Part shown: positions 19,863 through 26,466 of the stretch, piece after piece | How the letters are laid out: every line of letters starts with the position of its first letter | Position numbering within the stretch: the stretch's first letter is position 1 | Assembly (NCBI GenBank): GCA_049650845.1 | Contig: JBASAZ010000141.1 | Coordinates: forward strand, 12,072 to 76,071 | Length of the DNA: 64,000 nucleotides | Origin: Ornithinimicrobium sp. | GTDB lineage: Bacteria > Actinomycetota > Actinomycetes > Actinomycetales > Dermatophilaceae | Direction of reading: 5' to 3' | The notes under the pieces: generated by a model | What the model saw: only the letters and a program-made list of their open reading frames with translations | Told to the model about the DNA's origin: nothing | Databases searched by the model: none | Translations under genes and position numbers: made by a program

Positions 19863-20567
19863 CTAGGCGAGCGGATCCGGGAGTCCGTCGAGGATGAGGG
19901 TGAGGCCGAACTCGAACTCGTTCCCGAAGTCGTATCCAGGCTTCAGGACGTGTTCGGTGGTGAGCTCCACCAGGTGCGGGTAGGTGTCGGCGGTGAACTG
20001 CGCGGAGATGGTTTCGGCGAGTTCGGCCATTCCCTCGCCGCCGGTTGCTGGGAGGTTGGCTTCTTGCAGGGCGAACCCGTAGATGTAGGAGTCGATGAGG
20101 GCGTAGGCATGGCCGGTCATCTCGACCGAGAAACCGGCCTGGCGCAGGCACCCGAGCACGGCGTCGTGGTGGCTCAGGGTGGCGGAACCGGGGTGCGTGC
20201 GCGACTCCATCAGCGACGTGGCCCACGGGTGTTGGGCAAGCACGGCCCGAGCTGAGCGCGCTCGGTGTCTCATCGCCTCCTTCCAGCCGGCGCCGGCCGG
20301 GGGCAGCTCGATCTCGGCAAAGACCCGATCCACCATGCCATCGAGGATGGCCTCCTTGTTGGGCACGTGGTGATAGATGGTCATGGGCTTCACATCGAGG
20401 ACCGCCGCCAACTTGCGGATCGTGAAGCCATCCATCCCGAGTTCATCGGCCAGCGCAACGGCGCCATCGAGCACTCGGCTTCGGGTCAAAGCTGGCCTGG
20501 TCGCACTCGCCCCATCCACCTTCGACGGGCTCATCGGCAGGGTCTCCGCGTTCGGTTCCTTGACCAT
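19863..20567 (-). CDS. TetR family transcriptional regulator (TetR_C-type ligand domain)
   Basis: ORF 19863..21503 trimmed to ATG 20567 (alternative 20534). [32 protein letters not shown] -10-like TACTAT lies 6 nt upstream, so the mRNA may be leaderless. Confidence 0.8.
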   Translation of the reverse strand: MVKEPNAETLPMSPSKVDGASATRPALTRSRVLDGAVALADELGMDGFTIRKLAAVLDVKPMTIYHHVPNKEAILDGMVDRVFAEIELPPAGAGWKEAMRHRARSARAVLAQHPWATSLMESRTHPGSATLSHHDAVLGCLRQAGFSVEMTGHAYALIDSYIYGFALQEANLPATGGEGMAELAETISAQFTADTYPHLVELTTEHVLKPGYDFGNEFEFGLTLILDGLPDPLA

Positions 20568-20568
20568 T

Positions 20569-20616
20569 CGTACATAGTACGGGTAGTCTGTGATGGGTGT
20601 TGACGTACTAAGTACG
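20569..20616. promoter_or_regulatory. two related operators, CGTAC-ATA-GTACG (20569-20581) and CGTAC-TAA-GTACG (20604-20616), in the tetR/qor divergent region
   Basis: Identical 5-bp inverted arms seen twice, 35 bp apart. The first overlaps the tetR -10/start, and the second overlaps TTGACG (20600-20605). Confidence 0.5.
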
Positions 20617-20744
20617 ACACGACTGACCATTGAGCCCTTCCGTCCCCAAACCAGCCCAGGAGCCTTCCCTTGAGACACGTAGATCACCACTTCAGCCCAG
20701 CGGGAACCGATAGCTTCCCGCCACCGCCAGCAGAGCCCGGTTCG

Positions 20745-21749
20745 ATGATGCAGGCGATCGTGCAGGACCGGTTCGGTTCTCCCGACGTCTTGCAGTTCAC
20801 GACGATCGAACGGCCTACCATCGGCGAGGATGAGGTCCTGATTGAGGTCCACGCCGCCGGCGTCGATCGGGGCACCGAGCATCTGATGACCGGGTTGCCC
20901 TATCTGATCCGGATTGCGGGCTATGGCTTCACCACCCCGAAGAACCGGGTGCCTGGTCTGGACGTTGCGGGCGTTGTCCTCCAGGTCGGGGCCGCAGTCA
21001 CTCGCTTCGCCGAGGGCGATGAAGTCTTCGGTATCGCCAACGGGTCGTGTGCCCAGTACGCGGCAGCGGCGCAGCACAAGCTGGCCCACAAACCCACCAA
21101 CCTCAGCTTCGAACAGGCTGCCGTGGCGGCCGTGTCGGGAATCACGGCATTGCAGGGGTTGACCGACGTCGGAAATCTGCGACGCGGCCAGCGCGTGTTG
21201 GTCCTGGGCGCTTCGGGTGGAGTCGGGACCTACGCGGTGCAACTGGCCAAGGCCCTCGGTGCCGAGGTGACCGGGGTCGCCAGCGCTAGGAAACTGGACA
21301 TCGTCCGCTCCCTGGGGGCCGATCATGTGCTCGACTACACACGAACAGACTTCGCGGACGGCACAGACCGTTACGACCTGATCCTCGACGTGGGCGGACG
21401 AAACAGCATCTCTCGTCTGCGCAGGGCCCTGACCCCGGAGGGCACGCTGGTCATCGTCGGAGGCGAGGACGGCAATCGCCTCACCGGGGGCGTTGGCCGC
21501 CAACTCAGAGCGATGGCCTTATCGCCGTTCATCCGTCAACGCCTCACCACATTCATCAGCACGGAGTCTCACACCGTGATCGACCGGCTGGCCGACCATC
21601 TGGCGTCCGGCACGGTGACGCCCGCCATCGGCCAACGGTTCGAACTGGCAGACCTCTCCGAGGCCATGCGCCACCTCGCAGCCGGTGACACCAGGGGCAA
21701 GACGGCCATCATCGTGCGGTCCCGGCGTGGCGCGCGTCCGGGTTCGTAA
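20745..21749 (+). CDS. NAD(P)H:quinone oxidoreductase / zinc-type alcohol dehydrogenase superfamily (MDR) protein
   Basis: ORF 20670..21749 trimmed to ATGATG 20745. [16 protein letters not shown]..., nucleotide-binding [19 protein letters not shown]. Confidence 0.8.
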   Translation: MMQAIVQDRFGSPDVLQFTTIERPTIGEDEVLIEVHAAGVDRGTEHLMTGLPYLIRIAGYGFTTPKNRVPGLDVAGVVLQVGAAVTRFAEGDEVFGIANGSCAQYAAAAQHKLAHKPTNLSFEQAAVAAVSGITALQGLTDVGNLRRGQRVLVLGASGGVGTYAVQLAKALGAEVTGVASARKLDIVRSLGADHVLDYTRTDFADGTDRYDLILDVGGRNSISRLRRALTPEGTLVIVGGEDGNRLTGGVGRQLRAMALSPFIRQRLTTFISTESHTVIDRLADHLASGTVTPAIGQRFELADLSEAMRHLAAGDTRGKTAIIVRSRRGARPGS

Positions 21750-21874
21750 CACGCACGAGGTTCAGTCAGTCTCGAAGGTGATTGCCGCGCCCGCCGCCGC
21801 TGAACCCCGTCCGGATCCCGACCGGCAGGCCGGCTCCCGAAGTCCTCACAGACCCCGGGAGCCTTGGCCTGCGC

Positions 21875-22084
21875 TCACACGGCCCGGTAGAGCAACGGTC
21901 CGAGGTTGACGCCTTTGGCCGGGTTGTCGGGCTGAGGCGACCCGCAGCCGACGGCAGTGCCCACAGCAGCGGCTGCGGACTGCGGAGCGGCCTCGCCTGC
22001 GGACGAGACCATCACCGCCGTGCAGAGAAGAAGAAAACTGGCGGCTAGCGCCGCCAGCGGGCGGGTTGCTGAGGTCCGGTTCAT
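21875..22084 (-). CDS. small secreted protein (69 aa, Sec-type signal peptide, about 37-aa mature part), function unknown
   Basis: Internal ATG of ORF 21875..22408, with GGAGG 7 nt upstream. MNRTSATRPLAALAASFLLLCTAVMVSSAGEA then APQSAAAAVGTAVGCGSPQPDNPAKGVNLGPLLYRAV. Confidence 0.5.
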   Translation of the reverse strand: MNRTSATRPLAALAASFLLLCTAVMVSSAGEAAPQSAAAAVGTAVGCGSPQPDNPAKGVNLGPLLYRAV

Positions 22085-22243
22085 CAGACCCCTCCAATCT
22101 GAGATGTGCTGCGGCGCAGCCCTCGTGGTTGCGCTGACGTCAACGCTTCCGCGTTCATCGGTCCCGCGGAATACGACGTTCGACGTACTTCCCATACCAG
22201 CACCGAGCCCGTAGCCTGGACGGATCCGGAATAGGAGAACCTC

Positions 22244-23017
22244 GTGCGCCGAGCCACCCTGACCAGTGTCGATCTGGACTCGCTGCGGGACGTGGTCGAC
22301 ACCGCCAACGACACCTCCGGCGCTCCCGCGGTGGACGTCACCTTCGCGGTGCTGGACCGTATCCGCGAGATGATCGGCGCCGATTTCGCCACTTTCCACG
22401 ATATGCAAGGCTCAGTTCAGCGCGTTCGACACCTCCAGGGCACGGACGGTGAGGAGTACTTCACCGAGCAGGGCGAGGAAGACGGCACTCACGATGCCTT
22501 CTGGACGTACTACCAGGCCAGTTCGTGCTCGTGGCCGGACCATCAGAACCGTCCTATGGTCATCTCCAATAAGGATGTCTGCAGTGAACGCGAATGGGCC
22601 CAGGACCCGATGCACCTGGAGTACCAAACCGATGTGCACGACGAGATCATGGCGGCCTCGCCCTACGGGCCGCGGCTCAACCTGCGCCTGTTGATTAGCC
22701 GCAGCGAGAGGCCGCTGTTCAGCGACCTGGACTGCTTCCTGGTGCAACTGCTCCAACCTCACCTGCAGCCGCTGTTCCGGCGGACCCTGCGCTCTGTCGT
22801 CCCCCCTTCCGAGCCGGCGTTGACCGAGCGGCAGCGCGAGATCTTGCGTCTGGTCCGCGGGGGTAGCACGAACCGGCAGGTTGCGCACCAGCTCGGTATC
22901 TCCCCCGGGACGGTCCGCAAACACCTGGAGAACGCGTTCGCCCGCCTCAACGTGCAGAGCCGCGTGGCCGCGGTTGGCGTGGCCTTCCCGGAACGTGGTT
23001 ACGACCTGCAGGCCTAA
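22244..23017 (+). CDS. LuxR family transcriptional regulator with an N-terminal GAF-like sensor domain
   Basis: 257-aa ORF with a GTG start and AGGAG 6 nt upstream. C-terminal GerE HTH LTERQREILRLVRGGSTNRQVAHQLGISPGTVRKHLENAFARLNV. Confidence 0.8.
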   Translation: MRRATLTSVDLDSLRDVVDTANDTSGAPAVDVTFAVLDRIREMIGADFATFHDMQGSVQRVRHLQGTDGEEYFTEQGEEDGTHDAFWTYYQASSCSWPDHQNRPMVISNKDVCSEREWAQDPMHLEYQTDVHDEIMAASPYGPRLNLRLLISRSERPLFSDLDCFLVQLLQPHLQPLFRRTLRSVVPPSEPALTERQREILRLVRGGSTNRQVAHQLGISPGTVRKHLENAFARLNVQSRVAAVGVAFPERGYDLQA

Positions 23018-23112
23018 CGGAGAGCCAAACGCCCAGAGGTCACCTATATTCGATGCGGACGGGTGATCTTCCGTGCGATGGGCGGCCCCGGGGCCTTGGG
23101 CGAGGAGACGTG

Positions 23113-24429
23113 ATGAGTGTCGCTGAGGTGTTGGAGCCGTTGGTGCGGACGGCGTTGAAGGCGTCCCCGCGAGTGCGGATCGAGTGTTGGGATGGCAGCA
23201 CTCTGGGGCCAAGCGATGGCATCCTCGTGATCCGGTTTGCCCGGCGCCGAGCGTTGAGGTGGTTGTTGTGGTCACCCAACGAGCTTGGCTTCGCCCGAGC
23301 GTTCATCGCCGGCGACATCGAGCTCGAGGGTGACATCGTGGCGGCGATCGGCAGTTTGGACATGCTGGGCGCCGCCGAAGGTGGGCCAAGCGTGCAGGTC
23401 GACACCGCGACCAAGGCAGCGATCGGACGAGCGGTCCTGCGCCTCGGCGCGCTCGGCCCGCCGCCCCGGCCACCAGCCGAGGAGACCCGGATCTCCCGGT
23501 GGGGACGGCATACCCCCGGCCACGACGCCCGCGCCATCTCGCACCACTACGACGTCGGCAACGACTTCTACGCCCTGGTCCTCGGGGCCTCGATGGTGTA
23601 CTCCTGCGCCTACTTCGAGCAACCACCGTCGTCCACCTACACCCTGCAGGACGCGCAACGCGCCAAGCTCGACCTGGTCGCGAGAAAGCTGAGCCTGACA
23701 CCGGGCCATCGGGTGCTGGACGTGGGATGTGGGTGGGGCAGCTTCGTGATCCACGCGGCCCGGGAATACGGCGTCCACGCCGTTGGTATCACCCTCTCAG
23801 CAGAGCAGGCGGCCTACGCCCGGGAACGGCTCCGGGCCGAGGGCCTGCAGGACCAGGTGCAGATTCGGGTACAGGACTACCGCGAAGTGAGCGACGGCCC
23901 GTACGACGCGATCGCGAGCATCGGGATGGCCGAGCACGTCGGCATGGCGCGGCTGCCCCAGTACGCCACCCATCTGCATACGCTGCTTGCCCCCGGGGGT
24001 CGCCTGCTCAACCACGCCATTGCGCGTCGACCCGGACCGCCCAACGACCCCAAGGATGAGCGGCGCTCGTTCCTCTACCGCTACGTCTTCCCCGACGGGG
24101 AGCTCACACCGTTGGCCACCATGGTCGACGCCCTGGAGAGCGCGGACTTCGAAGTGCGCGACGTGGAGTCGCTGCGCGAGCACTACGCCCTCACGCTGCG
24201 GGCCTGGGTAGCCAACCTGGAGCGGGACTGGGATCGCGCCGTCGGGTTGGCGGGCGGCGGCCGCACCCGGGTGTGGTGGCTCTATATGGCCGGGGCGGCC
24301 CTGCAGTTCCAGTTCAACCAGATCGGCGTCAACCAGGTGCTGGCCGTCAAGCCCGGGCCCGCAGGAGTCAGTGGTATGCCGTTGACCCGCGCCGAGATGT
24401 TCCTGACCGAACGCAACGCGCCGGCCTGA
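23113..24429 (+). CDS. cyclopropane-fatty-acyl-phospholipid synthase family methyltransferase
   Basis: ORF 23053..24429 trimmed to ATG 23113. CMAS signature ISHHYDVGNDFYALVLGASMVYSCAYF. SAM motif VLDVGCGWGSF. GMAEHVG. Confidence 0.85.
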   Translation: MSVAEVLEPLVRTALKASPRVRIECWDGSTLGPSDGILVIRFARRRALRWLLWSPNELGFARAFIAGDIELEGDIVAAIGSLDMLGAAEGGPSVQVDTATKAAIGRAVLRLGALGPPPRPPAEETRISRWGRHTPGHDARAISHHYDVGNDFYALVLGASMVYSCAYFEQPPSSTYTLQDAQRAKLDLVARKLSLTPGHRVLDVGCGWGSFVIHAAREYGVHAVGITLSAEQAAYARERLRAEGLQDQVQIRVQDYREVSDGPYDAIASIGMAEHVGMARLPQYATHLHTLLAPGGRLLNHAIARRPGPPNDPKDERRSFLYRYVFPDGELTPLATMVDALESADFEVRDVESLREHYALTLRAWVANLERDWDRAVGLAGGGRTRVWWLYMAGAALQFQFNQIGVNQVLAVKPGPAGVSGMPLTRAEMFLTERNAPA

Positions 24430-24482
24430 GGCTTGTGCCCCTGCGTCGGGCGAGGGCGGCGGGTGCCGTTGCCGGACGTGAC

Positions 24483-24510
24483 GCTCCCGACCCTGTATGG
24501 GGCCGGGAGC
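24483..24510. terminator. GC-rich stem-loop between convergent genes (GCTCCCGACCC-TGTAT-GGGGCCGGGAGC)
   Basis: 7+3 bp stem seen directly. Lies between the cfa-like stop (24429) and the stop of the minus-strand secreted-protein gene (24531). Confidence 0.45.
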
Positions 24511-24530
24511 ATCGTGGATATGTGGTGAGA

Positions 24531-25145
24531 TCAGCCGGAGCGGTCGAACTCCACGAAGAGCGTGACCCCGAACGCCGGCTTATCGTCGATGCTCAGATCG
24601 GGGTTGTTGAGCCCGCCGAGTGACTGCGTCGCGGTGCCGCTGCTGATATCCAGACCTCCGGTGCCGCCGATGATGGCGCGGATGATCGGGACGTCGTCGA
24701 CGCGTTCGAAACCGGAGGTGAGAATGGACTCATCGCCAAGCTCGTCGCCGAGGTCGTACTGCTGCGTGGTGGCCACGATCGGGCCACTCGTGGTCGTCGC
24801 GGCGTCGTCGGTGTGCGTGCCCCAACAGGTCCAGGTGCCGATGACACGGTCCGGGAACTCCGGGGCGGGGACGCCTTCGGCGTCGTAGATCACGCCGTCA
24901 CACCCTTCTTCGGTGCAGGTGACGGTGCCCGCTTCGTACACGTAACCCTCGGTGACGAAGTCGTTGCCTCGTCGGGGTAGCCCGCCGTCGTCGACCACGT
25001 CCGGGTCGGTGACGAAGCGTGATCCGATCTCGGAGACCTCGACGCGCAGTGGACTCTCGAATCGCGAACCGGCGAAGGTCGCGGTCGCGGCAAAGGCCGC
25101 GATGAGGGCGACGAGTACGGCGGTGATGGTGAGTTTGATATGCAT
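24531..25145 (-). CDS. secreted protein of unknown function (204 aa, 4 Cys, possible dirigent/allene-oxide-cyclase-like barrel)
   Basis: ORF 24531..25202 trimmed to ATG 25145. Signal peptide MHIKLTITAVLVALIAAFAATATFAGS. Cys pairs TCTEEGC and TWTCWG. C-terminal RAIIGGTGGLDISSGTA resembles the GGTG motif of dirigent-like barrels (weak recognition). Confidence 0.55.
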   Translation of the reverse strand: MHIKLTITAVLVALIAAFAATATFAGSRFESPLRVEVSEIGSRFVTDPDVVDDGGLPRRGNDFVTEGYVYEAGTVTCTEEGCDGVIYDAEGVPAPEFPDRVIGTWTCWGTHTDDAATTTSGPIVATTQQYDLGDELGDESILTSGFERVDDVPIIRAIIGGTGGLDISSGTATQSLGGLNNPDLSIDDKPAFGVTLFVEFDRSG

Positions 25146-25198
25146 GGCAATTCCCTTCTGGTGTGAAACTGGGACACGGTCGGCGCCCCGTGGAGGCG

Positions 25199-26317
25199 TC
25201 ATCGCCGGGCGGCGAGGACGAGATTGAAGCCGGTGTCGATGACCAGTGCCGCGTCACGGAAGCCCGCTTCGGTGAGCAGTTCCAGGCGCCGCGTCGGACC
25301 TCCCTGCGTTCCCAGGCCGTAGGCTCCCGGCTGCGCGAGCGAGCCGGGGGTGCACATGGCTGTCGAGATGCCGAAGTCCATCCGGGTGCGTGGATCGCCG
25401 ATGCCGTCCTCGAGGCGGTCCAGGGACCACGGCTCCACCGCGACGACGATGCCGTCGTCCTCGAGCAGGGCGTGGGCCCGGCGTAGCGCCGCGAGCGGGT
25501 CACCCATGTCGTGCAGGGAGTCGAAGAAGGTCACCACGTCAAAGGGACCGGGACCGATCTGGGCGGCGTCAGCGACCCGGAACGACAGGTTCGCGGGATT
25601 GCCGGCCTCGATGGCGCGGGCACGGGAGATCGTGACCGACGGGCTGTGGGCGTCGAAACCGATGACCGTGGAGCGCGGCCACGTCGTCGCCATCGCGATG
25701 GAGGAGGGACCGTGCCCGGAGCCGACGTCAGCGACTCGTGCGCCGCCCTCCATGCGCTCGACGAGACCATCGACCGCGGGGAACCACGGCGAGGCGAGCT
25801 CGTGGGTGTAGGCGGTCTGGAAGAACCGCTCGACACCGAAGCGCGCGTGCTCGTCGAGGGCATCGTAGATCTCGATACCTCCATCGCCCCGGAAGGCCTG
25901 CTCAAGGTGGTCGAGCGTGGAGAACAACCCCCCCACGATGGCAGTCGCCGCGACGATGTATGCCGGGGAGTCCGCTACCGAGAGCACGGCTGCATGCTCG
26001 GCCGGCAGCTCATAGGTGGACGTGTCCGGGTCGTAGCGGACGTACTCGGCGACGGTTTGGGCAGCAAGCCATTCGGTCACCAGGCGCTCGTTCAGCCCGG
26101 TGACCTCAGCGAGCGTGTCGGCACGGGTGGGACCGGCCCCGGTCAGCGCCTCGTAGAGGCCGAGCCGGTCGCCGACGATCGTCATCAGGGTCGTCGAGCT
26201 TCCCGCAATATCGGTGAGCAGGCGCCCGACGAACGCCTCGACGGCGGCCTCGTCGACGGTTGGGCCCTGGTTGGTGGTCGGTGTGGACGGGGATGTGGTG
26301 TCTGTGGTGGTTTCCAT
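25199..26317 (-). CDS. SAM-dependent methyltransferase with an N-terminal winged-helix/dimerisation domain (Rv2258c-like)
   Basis: 372-aa ORF. N-terminal LGLYEALTGAGPTRADTLAEVTGLNERLVTEWL, then motif I VADVGSGHGPSSIAMA and FDVVTFFDSLHDMGDP. Confidence 0.75.
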   Translation of the reverse strand: METTTDTTSPSTPTTNQGPTVDEAAVEAFVGRLLTDIAGSSTTLMTIVGDRLGLYEALTGAGPTRADTLAEVTGLNERLVTEWLAAQTVAEYVRYDPDTSTYELPAEHAAVLSVADSPAYIVAATAIVGGLFSTLDHLEQAFRGDGGIEIYDALDEHARFGVERFFQTAYTHELASPWFPAVDGLVERMEGGARVADVGSGHGPSSIAMATTWPRSTVIGFDAHSPSVTISRARAIEAGNPANLSFRVADAAQIGPGPFDVVTFFDSLHDMGDPLAALRRAHALLEDDGIVVAVEPWSLDRLEDGIGDPRTRMDFGISTAMCTPGSLAQPGAYGLGTQGGPTRRLELLTEAGFRDAALVIDTGFNLVLAARR

Positions 26318-26418
26318 ACCGTGCAGTCTGCGGACGCTCGTTTGCCCGACACTTGCGTTGCGCTGGCGCGGCGCATGCGGCCCGCTTCGGCTCCAGGGCG
26401 GCGCCCCTTCGCCCGCTC

Positions 26419-26466
26419 TTGCGGAAGCTAACCCACGCCGGCTTGTGGCAGCTAACCCACGCCGGC
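26419..26466. repeat. 2 x 24-bp tandem repeat (TTGCGGAAGCTAACCCACGCCGGC / TTGTGGCAGCTAACCCACGCCGGC) spanning the SARP stop codon
   Basis: 22/24 identity read directly. In the SARP frame both copies encode AGVG-stop-LPQ. Confidence 0.9.

Noticed and set aside
22135-22142. TGACGTCA (CRE-like octamer) taken on its own as a CRP/cAMP site.
   Set aside because: An 8-bp palindrome is expected by chance at this scale, and the actinobacterial CRP consensus (GTGNNANNNNNNCACA) is not matched. It is kept only as part of the larger imperfect palindrome in the LuxR/peptide divergon.
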